From NCBI RefSeq assembly GCF_000981445.1, contig NC_027217.1:992001-1056000 (forward strand): DNA of 64,000 nt, in the 5' to 3' direction. The notes under the pieces are model-generated. The model did no database searches. It saw only the letters and a list, made by a program, of their open reading frames with translations, and was not told the origin of the DNA. The translations under genes were made by a program, and so were the position numbers. Numbering within the stretch: the stretch's first letter is position 1; each line of letters opens with the position of its first letter. Positions 43,941 through 57,694 of the stretch are shown here, one piece after another. The DNA is from Babesia bigemina (Eukaryota).

Positions 43941-44816
43941 TTTTATCGTCGAACTAAGTGTGCAGGTGTGCTATCGTGTATGACACTGTCGTCGACGTTT
44001 CGATAAGGGTGGCCCTTCCCCACTTCGCATCGGCCAGCTGCGGCTCCGTATCCAGCGCGTTACGGCTGATCTGTCTCCGCAAAAATACACACTTTCCACC
44101 AGTTTGTGCCGAAATATATGATTAAGACCGTTGTTCGTGGAGCCTTGACCCGCAAAAGGGGCTTGGTTGACGCGACATTGTGCTTCGTTGTTGAGTTTAT
44201 TGTACAGAATGCTGCAGCCGCGGCACGCGTGGAGACAGCAATCGTCACATTTTCATTCCACGTTGTGAATGATATTGTTATTTATCGGACGGCTTGTGCG
44301 TTTACTAGGGTACGGGCACACTAGCTGGTTTTCTACCTGGTTAGCTGCGCAGGGCACACCAGATACTACAATAGGTTTAGTCACCGCAAAATAGCATTTT
44401 AATGTCACATGAGCGCAGTGTGTTGGCGCCGATGACATACACGCTTATGTGGGCTCGACAGCGCGGGCGGCCAATTGCGCATTTAGGTCAACGGCGCATC
44501 CCGTGTGCGTCATTTCTGTTGCATTTGGAACCGCTGATGTCTATGCGTGTCCTGCATACCCCTCCTTCCCAATGTCTGAGGGCGTTTTTACGGCATTGCT
44601 GCTGTTGATTCCACGGCATCATAGCAATGCTCAAATCTATAGGCCGGCTCAGCCACTTACATTAAGGTTAATAGTCTGCCTGCCCGATTTTACGTACATG
44701 ACGCTTCGGACAAATTGCGAATAGCGGTGTTTGCATTCCAGGAGTTCCACCGAAAATGCCACACGTGCGATGATTTGACCCGTGTTTGGCGCGTCAATCG
44801 CATATCTCAACGTTCA

Positions 44817-47800
44817 TCACATGATGCGGTTCTTGATTTCGTCCAGCTTGCGTAACACGTTGTTCACATTGGAATCCAGCTGTTGTGCCACCTTTCGCTG
44901 CTGTGCCTCGGTGAGGTGGCGGAACTGTTCGCACATATCGCCGTCTACCACCTGCTGGACGGGCACGTAGTAGCTGCGGTAGAAGCTGTGTTCTCGGCCA
45001 CACAGTGGCGGCGCCTCCGTGGACATCAACATCTCCAGGTGCTGCAAGAAATCCAGCTCGTCCTTGGACTGGAATGGCACAAATGCGCCAATCGACCCCA
45101 TTATTGTGCCGTAAAGCACCACTGACGTTGAAGGGGATAACGAGGCCTTATCTATAGCCGTTGGGAGGTCCCCTAGGTGGAACTGGCACACGTTTTCCAG
45201 CTGGATGTGTCGCGTTGACTCCTCCTGAGGGACGCGCGCAACGAACATGGAGTCGAACTTGTCTCCGGCGATAACCGTGGAATAATCTAATTGGGTGCAG
45301 CAGGTGAGCCATCTAGGCCCAGTGGCCCCACCGACCCATTCAAAGTCGGCCGCCTCTTCGCTGTAGAACTTGATGCGAAGCACCTGCAGGCCCTCACGGA
45401 TGTCGCCCGCAAAAATACGTGACCCCACGGTGTTCAGCCAGATGAACCCGTGGTCACTGCATGTGCGATGTTCTGCCTTGAGCAGTAGCTGCTTCTTTCC
45501 CAGCGAGTACAACCGGATGCGCTTTCCCACCGCAGCTAGCAGCCTCCCCTCATATCCGGCAAACGCCCGCACCACCCCGCCAACGCGGGTGACGTGCAGC
45601 AGCCTGATTTCGAAATTGGCTCCGTAGCAGTAGACACGTATATAAGACTCTACTTCGTCGGCATTGGTTAGGTCATATCCGAGCGCAGTGCCTACGCATA
45701 GGCATTGCATGCCGTCGAGGACCACGACCGCAGCCGTTGTTGCTGCCTCGTCATTTTCGAATAGCAGCTTTGCCGCCGTTGTGAGGTTCAGAGGGTTGAC
45801 AATTCGCAAGCAAGACCCCCACTTTCCGGTGCCGGCCTTGAAGTTTGTAAGCGCCATCGGCTCACCCACTTCGTTGTCCAGCTTGATCCCCTCCAGCGCC
45901 TGTCCAATTTCAGCCACACTTTCCGGGCCGTATGCGTTGTGATCTGCCTCTACAACTGCCAACATATAGTTGAGCCCTCCTTGCGTCGGCGCTTCATTCG
46001 GCATCAGCACGAGACGCCTGGGCGTGTAGTCCACCTGCAGACGATGCTCGCTGAACGTTTCTCCAAGCCTGCAGCACCTGAAAATCCGGAGGTTAGAGCC
46101 GGATATGGCCACATATCCGTCTTGGCAGAGTGGGCTTGAAAAGGACGCGACGCTTTCCAGGGTGTCGTAGCTCAAGGGAACGCACTGCATCACTCCTTGG
46201 TACTCGTACAATAACCAAGGCCTGTCAGAAGTACCCATTATCTGGTTCTTGATGTTCTTGAACTTCACTGCGCGCGATCCCAAGAAACGAGTGTACTGGT
46301 CGCTGAGTGCGCCAGATATAGCATCCACTGTTGCTCGTATCATCACACCGGTGTTGAGCCCAACAGCCAGCATCAGCGTCGGATGCGCAGCCACCTGGAA
46401 CTCAGCCAAACACACAGACTCCGGAGTGCTGTTGTTCGGCAGCAGCTGCGTGCTGTGTTGTTTCAGGTGTCTGTCCAGCGACAGTATGCGCACCAGATTA
46501 TCCAAAGCTCCAACGGCCATGAAGTTCGCCATGAGCCTGCCTGCGGCGGTGGGCTGTAAGCTGACGCATGTGATTTCGACATTGAGGCTGCGCTTTGCCA
46601 CCTCTACAAGCGTATGCGATTCATCCAACTCGAAGTACACGATTTCGCCACCGGACAGGGCGAGCACCAGCTGGTGTTTGTTCGACGCTGCGACCTTCAC
46701 TCGCTTTGCGGTCGGGGTTTTCCACTCGCGCACCTTCATGTCGAAGACGTGTCTAACACCCCCGTCGTGTACCTGGACGTATGAGCCGTCCCCCATCATG
46801 CTTACGTGCAGGGTGGTAATTGACGTGAGGAAGCAAGAGTCAGTTACCTCCTCCACGGCCTCCCCTACCGATAATACCAGGGTGTTGCCTTCGAAACCGA
46901 CAAGGATAAACCCGTCGTGCGTGCTATCAACACCCGTGGGCACGGTCCACACCTGCTTCGGCCTTCCCGGCAGTTCGTTGTCTGCCAATTCCTCTACCGA
47001 CAGCCCATGTCGCAGCACCCTTATGGTGCTGTGATCGCCCCTGCCACAGCCCAGGAATATCTGCGGCTGCCCCAACCCCTGCACGTCTATCACCTTGAGG
47101 TCGGTGATGGCGCTGAGTGAGCTGAGCTCGTCTATCAGCTGCAGGTTTTGGTTCACGCGCGGTTTGAATGCGATGATGGCGTCCTTACCCTGCGGGTGGT
47201 TCGAGCTACAGAGGGGGTCGTTTTGGTTCGTGCCAATTCCGGTGAATTGGTAGAGGTGGTGGTCACCGAACTCCGCGGCGACGAAGAGGTACCCTGCCCT
47301 CAGGATACATATGGAGTTGCCCAGTGGTACAGTGTCGAAATACCGGCATACTACTTCCTTCACACGGCCTTCTTCGTGAAACAGTTCGACCTTGTAAATG
47401 TCGCCGTATTCGGACTGCAGGAGCACGAAAAAAAAGTCGCGCATCTTGTGGATCGCGCTGGAGACAATCAGCAAAGGTTTGTCCTGCGCCATTTCCAGCC
47501 TGCGCGGGTACGCGCATGATATCTCCGGGTGATCCATGTTTTTGTACACCAGGAAGTTCTCACAACAGACGAGAACTCCGCCCGGACTTTCGCCTCCCGG
47601 TATCGCCACCAGGTGATGCGCGCTGAGGTCTACTGGGAGGGTCATCTTCCTCGCCACGTGGTTAAGACCGAGGTCCATCTCCCAGAAGCTAAGACCTTTC
47701 TTCAACACCTCGTCGGTGAGCTCCTCGTCATCGTCTACCTGGAGGGCGTCCACAGCCTCGTAGCTCTGTTCGATTGACGCGAATATGGGATTCTCGAATC

Positions 47801-48326
47801 CCACGTCCAGCCCGACGATATCATGGCACACGGAGCGGCTCTTGTGCGCCTCCAGGGGGGAGCTGATGGTGAGATTCGCCTTGCTGTCCCGGTTGAGAAT
47901 GTACACGAACTTTTCTCGCTCCACCGCGCCTACGATCAGCGCTCTTCCCTTGGGATCCACTGCCAGGTACTGCCCAGGCACGATCCTGCGTATGCCAGTT
48001 TTCCCGTACGTTTCGCAGTGCACGCGCTTGAACGTGCGCGCGGTGTTGCAAAACTCCAAGATGACCAGGCGCCCGCTGTCCGAGCCAACCACCAGGTAAT
48101 CTCTTTGCGTGCCCGTCAGCCGGAAGGCCGAAATGACCCGCACGATTCCGAATACCTCGCAGACGCAGAGGCTGCGCAGCTTGCCATTTTCATCCGGCGA
48201 CAGCAGTTCCAGGGTGTGCGACCGCGCTACTACGATTTCTTGGGCCTTCGGCGCCGAGAAGTTGCCCTGTACAGCCTGCGTGATGCCCGTAGGCTTTTGG
48301 AGCGTGAGGTGGTAGAAGACCGGCAT
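44817..48326 (-). CDS. SF3B3: Splicing factor 3B subunit 3 (SAP130/Rse1)
   Basis: MPVFYHLTLQKPTGI...GNFS...VVGSDSGR...ETYGKTGIRRIVPGQYLAVDPKGRA...TISSPLEAHK...GREHSFYRSYYVP...VDGDMCEQF. The ATG at 48326 is preferred over the upstream non-ATG ORF start. Confidence 0.97.
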   Translation of the reverse strand: MPVFYHLTLQKPTGITQAVQGNFSAPKAQEIVVARSHTLELLSPDENGKLRSLCVCEVFGIVRVISAFRLTGTQRDYLVVGSDSGRLVILEFCNTARTFKRVHCETYGKTGIRRIVPGQYLAVDPKGRALIVGAVEREKFVYILNRDSKANLTISSPLEAHKSRSVCHDIVGLDVGFENPIFASIEQSYEAVDALQVDDDEELTDEVLKKGLSFWEMDLGLNHVARKMTLPVDLSAHHLVAIPGGESPGGVLVCCENFLVYKNMDHPEISCAYPRRLEMAQDKPLLIVSSAIHKMRDFFFVLLQSEYGDIYKVELFHEEGRVKEVVCRYFDTVPLGNSICILRAGYLFVAAEFGDHHLYQFTGIGTNQNDPLCSSNHPQGKDAIIAFKPRVNQNLQLIDELSSLSAITDLKVIDVQGLGQPQIFLGCGRGDHSTIRVLRHGLSVEELADNELPGRPKQVWTVPTGVDSTHDGFILVGFEGNTLVLSVGEAVEEVTDSCFLTSITTLHVSMMGDGSYVQVHDGGVRHVFDMKVREWKTPTAKRVKVAASNKHQLVLALSGGEIVYFELDESHTLVEVAKRSLNVEITCVSLQPTAAGRLMANFMAVGALDNLVRILSLDRHLKQHSTQLLPNNSTPESVCLAEFQVAAHPTLMLAVGLNTGVMIRATVDAISGALSDQYTRFLGSRAVKFKNIKNQIMGTSDRPWLLYEYQGVMQCVPLSYDTLESVASFSSPLCQDGYVAISGSNLRIFRCCRLGETFSEHRLQVDYTPRRLVLMPNEAPTQGGLNYMLAVVEADHNAYGPESVAEIGQALEGIKLDNEVGEPMALTNFKAGTGKWGSCLRIVNPLNLTTAAKLLFENDEAATTAAVVVLDGMQCLCVGTALGYDLTNADEVESYIRVYCYGANFEIRLLHVTRVGGVVRAFAGYEGRLLAAVGKRIRLYSLGKKQLLLKAEHRTCSDHGFIWLNTVGSRIFAGDIREGLQVLRIKFYSEEAADFEWVGGATGPRWLTCCTQLDYSTVIAGDKFDSMFVARVPQEESTRHIQLENVCQFHLGDLPTAIDKASLSPSTSVVLYGTIMGSIGAFVPFQSKDELDFLQHLEMLMSTEAPPLCGREHSFYRSYYVPVQQVVDGDMCEQFRHLTEAQQRKVAQQLDSNVNNVLRKLDEIKNRIM

Positions 48327-48641
48327 TGCGCTACTAGTGCTGGGCGCAAGGATGCGGTTTCCTGTGGGAGGTAAGAAATCGGTCGCGCGAGTAGCGAGGA
48401 TTAAGCGTCGGCGCGTATCGTCGCGCTGCGTTGCCACCAATGGGGTGACGTCGCGCGAGCGTAGACAGGAATCCCGAAGCGTGCTGCCGTTTTGGGTGTG
48501 AACGGCATCCAATGGCCCGGATTCGCGTTATTCCGTCTATTGGTCGTGTGTATCTGCTTTTTCGTGACGATGTGTACATCTCATCGTGCCGCCTGCTGTA
48601 GCGGGGAAGCAGCTCTGTTTTTGCGGCACTAAGGATAGAAG

Positions 48642-51360
48642 ATGAGGTCGTGTGTGAAGCTGGGCGCCGCGTGGCTCCTATGTATTCATATTGCAGCCGC
48701 CGCGAGTTCTTCAGCCGCTGGCAGTGTCCTGTTTGACTCTGTGCTACGGGAAGCCAGGGCGCGCTACACTGATGCTGGCACACGTTTAACCCAGGAAGGT
48801 GAGGCGACGGCTTCTGGGAAGCATTTATACATGCAGAGCTCGCCAACACGGTGACCGAATCCCTTAAGAAGGCGTCGCAGCTGCTGGGACTCAATCTGCC
48901 CGTTGTCCGCGGCGACTGCGAATTCGATTTCTCCGCTTTTTGTCCTGAGGGATGGGTAAGGGTTTGATTGGGTTTCGGCGCTGTAATGAAACACAGGTGT
49001 CGTCCGGTGACGGCGTCCACTGTGAAGTGGCACATGCTGATTCCGCCGATGCAGGATGCTGCGGGAGCCAGTTAGACATGCGGGATAAGTCCCCCTTGGA
49101 CAAGCTGAGCCTTTCGAATATGTGCAACTTAAAGTGGCCGTGTCGCACATCCTCGGCTTACGTTTCGTTGGATGAGGGTATTTGCCCTCGGTTCTGGCAC
49201 AGGGAAGGTAGGTGGTTCCTTCGTGATTGATGACACTTTTAAGGGGAGGAGTGCGTGGCGGACCACACTTACATGGGCCCATGCGATACGCGTCTTAATC
49301 TCGCGGGAAAGAGCCTTCAGGAGCGTGAAGATATTGCTAGGAAATGCGGGCTCGCGTATTCGCGCGCAACCGGGCTCCTGGATGAGAGCAGCGACTGGTC
49401 TGCTGATTGTCCACTGGGGTGGTCGCTGCATGAGGTCAGTGTGCCCCCTCTGAAATAATTAACTCCACATTAGGATGGTACATGCGTCAAAAACGCCGAC
49501 CAAACTGCTGGCATGTGCGGAGGAGTGCTGAAATTTGTGGATATTCGTGACAAGCGGGACAAGTCTCGGCGTTGCGGTTTAGTGTGGTGAGTTATGCATG
49601 TACCGGGATGCCGCGTTTTGCGACGTATGAAATACATGTGCAAACCAAACAGCGAACTGCGTTATTTACCGCTGTGGCAACAAACTCACGCCTTCGTCAC
49701 CTCCGCGTCACGACAGTGACTTATATCTGTGGTTGACCACAACTTACACCTCCACCTTTCTATTTGCATGTACCATCTAATGCAACAATCACCCACAGGC
49801 CTATTAAAGGAGCTAAAGTTGAGTCGCATTGTCCACTGGGCTGGCGATACGACGCCGACAATGAGCTGTGCCTGGCGCCTCCAAGTTACACGGTATGTTG
49901 AATGAGAGCGCTGTCCAACCACTGCAGGGCCCCTGCCAGCTAAGGATGGATTTTCGAAACTACACCACGGAAGAGAAGGCTCTCTGGGCCCACGTCTGTG
50001 GTGGCAGTTTCCTGGATGGTGGTGTGACGAAGGAGGAGCCCACTAAAAGCACGTCCAACGTGTCGTATCGCAGCGGCGCCCTTGACCATGATTTATCGGT
50101 AGTTCGCTTCAGCAAACCTGCGAAAGATGTGCGGGTAATTGAAAAACAGCTGGACGGTAGGCATCGCCTGGGCGCTACTTCATCTGAATCAGCGCTTCGC
50201 CGCCTTCGTAAGACGGCCACCGATCGCTTGTTTATTAGCACAATCAATGTAAGTCCTGTGAGAGTTTGACGCTCTAACGGAGGTTCAGAAAAGCATCGCA
50301 TCCCTGCGGTCGCAATTGGACAAAGCCGCTACCACAACACCAGCGTTCATCCAACTGGCATCAATGCACGTCACTCCCGAGAGCACGAATTGCCCCTGTA
50401 GGTCAAATCATACCATTGATGCCACACATTTCGCCACAGATGGGTGGCGCCAGTTCGATGGCGTCTGTGTTGCTGGGGAGACCTACAGCCGCATTATGCC
50501 AGGCTGCAGGACCATCCACCATTTGTCGGACGAGTACGAGGAACGCTGCCGTGTATCACAGTAAGTGGCGCTTGGGGCTTTACATCATATCACAAGCCGC
50601 ACTGACGACGTGCTGGAGGACTTTGTTCGCGCATACTGCCCGTTGGGTTGGCGTATACGCCGGGTGTACTACGGCGATTTGGTGCGGCACATATGCGTGG
50701 CACCGTCGGCTTGGAGTGAACCCCAAAAGGTGGAATGCGGCGGAACAACTGTGGACTTCTCCACTAGATCACCTGGTTTCAAACGGAGGTGGGCGTTTGC
50801 CTGCGGGCAGCGATTTCCCAAGTTTACCGACACTAATGCTGCGCGGTGCGCTGAGAACTTCTATTGGTAGGTTTTGCTGTTGACCCTTTAACATATTTCA
50901 GGCGGTGCCCGGCGGAATGGACGCACGACGGAGAGGACTGCGTGGCGCCAAAGCACTACGGTGGTCCCTGCCCTCCAAAAGTGCCCGTATCGCAACTTGC
51001 CAGCCCCAGCATGAAGGCCGCGTTTTCGCAGCGCTGCCATGCTGCATGGCCATGTATAGGCTACTGTGAGAAAGATTACAGTGCGGTAGGTCAGACTTGC
51101 CGGTTGGGTATTACTCGCTGGACTGGTATCTGACCCACTGATCACATCGTGCGCAGGATTGCCCGGATGGGTGGACACGAACCGAAGAAGGCTGCAAGCT
51201 GTCATCCGACAGTGGTGGTGGCAGTTGTGGGAACCACATCGTCGTGCCGAAGTCAGTGTGCCTGATATCACACCCATTCTTGTGCAGGCGGTGGGGACCA
51301 GGTCCTAAGGAAGAGCTGGAATATGCGTGCGACGTTCATTGGACCTGCAAAAAAGTTTGA
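48642..51360 (+). CDS. CPW-WPC domain family secreted protein, many exons
   Basis: Signal peptide; repeated C..D(F/Y)S..CP.GW...C.AP..Y.GPC......K...C...WPC units (CEFDFSAFCPEGW...CNLKWPC; CPAEW...CVAPKHYGGPC...CHAAWPC); ends ACDVHWTCKKV*. Exact exon set not fully resolved. Confidence 0.88.
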
Positions 51361-51852
51361 TGCGTTTGCTGAGCGCCAGTCAATGTAAAATGCGTAATGT
51401 TGTAGTTTAAATAAAATTCTGTTTGTGTTGATTGTGATGGGTAGTGCCGTACTGCTACGGCGGCATTTATTAATCTCTGCTCAAGCAAATGCACGCTGTT
51501 TTCTGGTGGACTGCCGTGTGAGTAGCCTCCTTATGATTCCTCTAGTTTGTGGCAGGACCGGCCCCAGGTCCCATGCTTATCAATTTGCGTATTAAAAGCC
51601 AACCGTCGTCACGCCACATCAAAAAATGAGTTGCAATTCAGCCTTCATCACCGCATGTTTGTGCTAGATACTGTAGACAGTGCGTTAACAATCCAGTTGC
51701 CCGGCAACTTATTCCCTGGGAATGCCAAATTTATCGAAGTTGAAACCCAGTCGATCCAAACCTAGTACGGCCGTCTTAAGGTCCTACGATATGCTATTGA
51801 GTTGCCGCGCCGACTCACCTCTTTCAACTCGGCCGTAGCGGTATAGGAGCGG

Positions 51853-52248
51853 TTGAATGTGATTACGCCCCGGATGATGGAGCAGGCTGCGTACACACCC
51901 AGAGTGGCGACGAGGACAGCCGGACTCTGCATAGAGTCAAGTTATTATGCACGTCACATTACCAGCAGGAATGCTAAGACGGGTAAGGTGCGAGGCTGGC
52001 GGAAGACGTATACCCAGACGGCTGCGTATAGCACCAAGACTACCGCGGTGGTCTTCCCCCTGCTGCCGGCCATTTCAGCGCTCAACTGTACATTGAATGG
52101 TTATTTAGAATATATCTACGACTTCCGTACGCCGGTTTTACACTCCATGTGTCAGAAGGTGCGTCTTACGCGTCTGCCAGCGTGCTACGGCAGCTCAGCC
52201 AACGGTGGTGCAATGTTGGAACCCATACGACCCTGTTTAGATGTTTAA
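51853..52248 (+). CDS. Possible small hypothetical gene
   Basis: 131-aa ORF with intron-like GT-AG segments and no recognisable motif. Confidence 0.25.
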   Translation: MNVITPRMMEQAAYTPRVATRTAGLCIESSYYARHITSRNAKTGKVRGWRKTYTQTAAYSTKTTAVVFPLLPAISALNCTLNGYLEYIYDFRTPVLHSMCQKVRLTRLPACYGSSANGGAMLEPIRPCLDV

Positions 52249-52776
52249 AGAGCTAATAAGCGCTCTTACATACTCAAGCCAATTTGAAGCGTCGCTGTTT
52301 AGCTTCGTATCAGTATAACAGTGCTTTTGTGGTACCATGCAGCTACTACGTTTTTCAACATCATTGGCGCAACACCGCCACGTCTATAGCCGCTGAATAA
52401 GCACGGTTATGGACAAAACATAGCACAATACATCGTTATGCGTGTAATAAAGGCACCTTCCATCGCCTATAACGCCATGTGTTTTCAACTGTGATTCCAG
52501 CGCTCAACATACCGCGTTACACATTTCGTAACAGCATAAAATAGACACACAGAGAACAAGTTGTTTTAGGCAATCGCACGAACTTTTTAATGACGATCGA
52601 TCCCCCCAGTGAGCCGGTTGCGCGTGTATGGTGTAGGCAAGTCGTGGGCGCGTTCGCCTCTGGGCGACAGAGTCGAGTGACACCAAAACCGTTTGAAAGG
52701 ATCCAGCTCATTTGCAACCAGCGTTTGCTTTATAGAAAGGATGGAAAACAACGCTTCGTAGATCCGTGCGCGAACT

Positions 52777-55700
52777 ATGGCTGAAGCGGAGTTCACGGCA
52801 ACGGTCGTGACGCTGTGCCGTCAAACGCTCAGCGGTGACCGCGCCGTCATTTCGGCGGCCGAAGAGAATCTGAAGGCGTTGCTTCAACCGAATGGCGTCC
52901 ACATTCGTCATAGGATGCAGTGTCTATTTCGGTTAATCTTAATTCCGTCGCCGCTAATCTTGCAACCCACAGCCATCGCAGGTTGGTCTAACTGTACAAT
53001 AAGAGTCGCGTTTGACACATATTCCTGCATATATGCACTAGGTTTACGATTTCGTGGCAGTGTCAGGGTTAATTTAGTGTCTAATTAGACGGTTGTTTCC
53101 ATGGCTTTGATATGCGATACGTAACGTTACCATGTGGCTGTTGGCTACCGTTGCCGTAGCACTATACACAAAAGTGTTTTCAATATGATACCAAATGCGT
53201 TTTGCCTGCGTCTGTGCTCCCGAGATGCCTAGAGGATCTTGTCTACAGCTTTTAAATTTGCGTCTAAGGTTTATCATGAACTAATCAGAATATTCTATTG
53301 CCTCAGTGGAGTGTTTATGTTTGTGTAAATCCCAAATTGATTGATTAAGTGGCCGCATTCATGTTCATAAGGCGTCTTTTGTGTTGTATACGATTATAAC
53401 GTCGACACATTCATTGTTTGCAGATAATGACCTCAAGGTCGTTTCGCCCGAACTTCAATTGTGGGTTACCATATGCCTCAAGAACTTTATCCGGAACAAT
53501 TTCGACACACCTGAGTCGCATGGGGGCTTGAGCGACGATTTGCGGCACTTGTTGAGATGCCTTCTTGTCGTCGCTGTGCTGAACCACAGCCGCATCGGTC
53601 TGGACAAGAACGTGTTCAGACAACTGGAGGAAACGCTTCACATGCTTTCCGAGTACGATTTCCCGCACAACATGGACTTCGCCATTCTGTTCATGGAGTA
53701 CTGCCACCTCAGTGACGTAGCGCCTGCCGTCGTTGCGAACGCATTTTCTCAGCGCGTTCACAAGGAAGCCAGTCTGCGCACCCAGGTAAACATGGGGATG
53801 AACCCATCAGTCGAGAACTCCCAGTCCCTCGCGAGGTCGCTGGAGGAGGCTAAGTCCACTGCACACCTGGCCTACGGGGAGAGCTGCGCCGCGTTGGTGG
53901 CCTCGTATTCCCAGATCCACCAGTCTTTGGAGTCCTACAGCACGGCGTTGACCGTTGGCGATCTCGGCATATTAGGGCGAGCGTATGGCGGCTTGTACCG
54001 AACTATCGTGTCTGGTTGCGAGTCGATGTGCCAAGTGCTCAAGGGTGTGACTCTCAGCGACCTCGACCTTGGCAAGTTCCTGCAGGCCGCGGCGTACCTG
54101 TTTCCCAAAGAGCGGTTGCTCATCCACTCAGTAAACAGTTCCACCAGCGGTTCCGAGATGAAGCATGATAAGGGTGATCCGCTTATGTACTTCGACGACC
54201 GAGTGCTTTATAAGGATCCGGCGCTGTGGCAAATGTCCGGCGCAACGCTTCCTGAGTTGGGGATCGAAGGGCAGTGGGTGATGGTGACCTTGCGCCCCGG
54301 TTCGCTTATCAATGAGGCGACGATTGACGTGGATTACTTCCGCCGCAAGAGCCATACTCTGGGTGTGTTCAAGAGGCTGATGAAGAAGTACAAGACTAGC
54401 GTCTATGGCGACGCGATTCTGAGTGAGCTGAAAATAGTGCTGACACTCAGCGAGAGCATGCTGCTGTATGTCTTCAAGGCATGCCTATGCAAGCTTCGTG
54501 AATATGTGCCAATGATGTCGGTTGCCGGGTCGACAAACTGCTTGTCCCGGGTGGTGTTGGATCTGCTAGAGAGCATTACATCCATCACCAAGATTCTCAC
54601 TTACATCCACGTCATAGACATGCCAGAATGCTGCGAGGACAACTTGGATGTTTATTTGGGTGGTATGCTGGAGCTGTTGCGTTTTTCGGACCCCGTGATA
54701 TTGCAGGTCGACCAGTCTGGTGAGTCTCGCTCGCGTGTCAGTGTCATACCGCTACAGGCATCGTAAGAAAGCTGAAGGTTGCTATTTGCAAACTGCTGCG
54801 GTACTACGGCGAGCGTTATCAGGAGGCGTTCCGTCCTTTCGTTTTCCAGTGCATCGACGACACGGTAGCGCTTTGCCGCGCTTTGTCGCAGCAGAGCGAA
54901 GACGATCGTTTGTGCTCCGCCATCCTGGAATTCCTCGCCGCGTCAGCTTCTACGCACTGGAATCCGCATGGTGGACGTAACAGCCCTTTCACGGATGGCG
55001 ATTACCTGGCGGACATGATACGGTCCATCGTGCTTCCCAACATCGGCTTCCGGGAGTGCGACCTTTTCCTCATCGATGACTGCCCGCAGGAATTCGTCCA
55101 ACGTGAGCTCGACACTGGCACCGGCCACAGCCGCCGCTTCTCCGCCATCAGCCTGTTGAAGAAGCTCGTGAACACCTACGGACAGATGGTGCAGTACATC
55201 CTCAACCAGTTCGCCCTTAACGTCTCCGGAGTCAACGATTATAAGATCAAAGAGCTTTACTTGCAGCTCATCATATGTTCCAATTTCAAGGTAGGGTTGT
55301 TGATTTTCGTGTGTCACATCATTGCCACAGGTCAACGATGGTTTCCAGGTCCATGCTTATTTTTCGGAGCACCTGCGTGGGGACTTCCTTCGGGAGTCGC
55401 AGAGCCTGATAAACGAGCAGGCGAACGTCCTGATAGTGATGGCGATAATGAAGTTCCTGTTCACGTTCAAAAAGCAAATCCCTGTAAACGATTTGTCGTC
55501 TTTGGTTGCTCCGGTCTCCGCTTTTTTGCAGCACCAAAACGACGCCGTGCGCTTCCTCGCTGCTGAGACTCTTAACCGCATTCTGCCGCTTGTTCGGGAC
55601 TACAAGGCCCAGTTGAAGCAGACGCTGCTGCAGGCCCTGGGATGCATTCTGCAGCGCATGAGGTCTGAGGCTCCGAACGAGTTTTACGTGCGCTGCGCGA

Positions 55701-56863
55701 TGCGCATATTCCTGTACTTGCGGCAGGACGTGCTCGAAAGCGGGTTCGTAATGTTGGATATTATTGTCGAGTTGATCAAGAAGGCATCAGACAACCCGGT
55801 GAACCCCATCTACAACCACTACCTCTTTGAGTGCCTGGCCACCCTGCTCCGGATCCACCTTGCCGCGGGTTCCATGGATGCGGTTGCTCGCATTGAGGAC
55901 GGCCTGATACCCACGATCGCAATCATCATACAGCAGGACACACATCCTTTTGTGCCGTATGGTCTGCAGATTCTCTACATACTGCTGCGTTCGGCGCAGC
56001 AGCCTGGCTCTACTTACATGCAGCTCTTCTCCCACCTGACCTGCATTGACACCTGGCGTGCCTCCACTGCGAACGCTCAAGGTGCTGCTAAGCTGCTGGT
56101 GTGCTACTTCGAGCGCCATGCGCTGTTCGAGAAGGAGATTGTGGCAAACATCGAGCGCATCTTGAGCATCTTCCACTTCTGCCTAACCCACCGGAAGCTG
56201 TCGTTAGTGGCCCTTGACCTTTTCAACGGCCTCGTGCGGTACCTTCCCGTTGCGTTTTACAGCAAATTCCTGGCCTCCATCGTCACCGTGATGCTGTCCT
56301 TCATCCACAAAATGAAGACCGGCGACTGCATACCGAGGGTGGTCACGTCCATGGCACTGCTGGCAACGTCCCTGCATTTGCAGCAATTTTCACCTGGCTT
56401 CGTGCAAACCCTGGAAACCATCCAGTCTGGCATCTGCCGAAACTTCTTCCAAGTGGTGTACGTGCCCAACGCGCGAAAGGTGCTGGCGCTCGAGTCCAAG
56501 CGCGTCCTGATGGTGGGAACGGCGATCATGCTCGGCAGCCCCGTAGTGCAGGTTTCTGCTGACATATTCACCCTGCTGGCCAATTTCCTCGGCGAGCTCA
56601 TCCAAGGCCAAAGTCTGAAGGCCGCGCCCACTCCCGTGGAGCCTGACGAGATGGAGGACCTGATGCAGGACTTGGAGTTCGACGTGTCGTTTGTGCGTCT
56701 GCGCAGTGTGGAGGACCCCGCCAACCGCGGCGGGGCGAGGCTTCTGGACCCCAGCGTCAATGTGGAACATTTGGTACGCGGCTCGTTGCGTCCAATCGCC
56801 TCCATTATACAGCAATTGCCTCCAGGTGGCGGTGCGCAGAGCCTGCTGAACCTTCTGAATTGA
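52777..56863 (+). CDS. CSE1: Exportin-2 / CSE1 (importin-alpha re-exporter), 4 exons
   Basis: IBN_N-like start (TLSGDRAVISAAEENLK; ICLKNFIRNNF), DMPECCEDNLD, IVLPNIGFRECDLFLIDDCPQEFVQRELD...SRR, NEFYVRCAMR, NPVNPIYNHYLFE and FVPYGLQIL. Confidence 0.9.
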
Positions 56864-56909
56864 GCACGAACACTATTATGGACAATAGCGCTGCTTACAG
56901 GCAGTCTCT

Positions 56910-57694
56910 TCACGTGAACGTTAAGCTATTCGACCTGATATAGACTAAAACTTGGTGGGTGGCGTCACCGTCATCTAGTAGGGGCGCAGCCTCTGCCGCG
57001 AGTCGGAGGGCCATTGAGCGTATTAGCAATCTCTGGCAAGTGAACATAAGTACTACAGTCACACAAAGCTGTGTCAGATTGCCTCCTAAGGCACCGATAT
57101 TCCAGAAGGCGTCAACGATGCTGCAGGCTATACACGATTGCAGTGTAGACTGCCATTCGCGCGTACAAGCGCCACCTGGTAACGCATAACGCCATGTAGA
57201 TGACACAAAAGCGCCTGCTGTCGCTGTGGTCAAGAAATGTGTGAAAGGCCATGCTAACGGCGCAACAGGCCATCCAAGGCTCGAGCATGACCAGCCGTCA
57301 CATCTGCTCGTACAGCTGCACACTTAAGTGTGCACATACAAAACCTTGATGTGCACATCCATCGCCATTTCTTTGGGGCAGTAACGAGTCCGGCAGTGCA
57401 CTGCGGTAACATGGACCGTATTTGCCCGAAAGACACGGTCGCACACGTCTTATGCTGCTAAAAGGGCGATGTGTGATGGACAAATTTCATACGCTTATAG
57501 CAGAGTGCAACTTTCTGGCTGATTCGAGCCCGGCAGTTACCTAGCGTCATTCCCGTATTGCACCCAGTGGGGCTGTATACGCACATCTCAGAAGCTGCCT
57601 GGCGCAGTAGGAAACTGTGAAATCGGGAGGAAACAAATTCCCTGTCCAAAACGGACCTGTTGGATTCGCGGCAGGTGGTAACGAGATCTGCCAT
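56910..57694 (-). CDS. Hypothetical small multi-TM protein, multi-exon
   Basis: ATG ORF 57458-57694 and hydrophobic ORF 56910-57323 with intervening GT-AG candidates; model not resolved. Confidence 0.4.

Noticed and set aside
48327..48512. N-terminal extension of SF3B3 in the ORF track
   Set aside because: It starts at a non-ATG codon; the conserved protein begins at MPVFYHLTLQ (48326).
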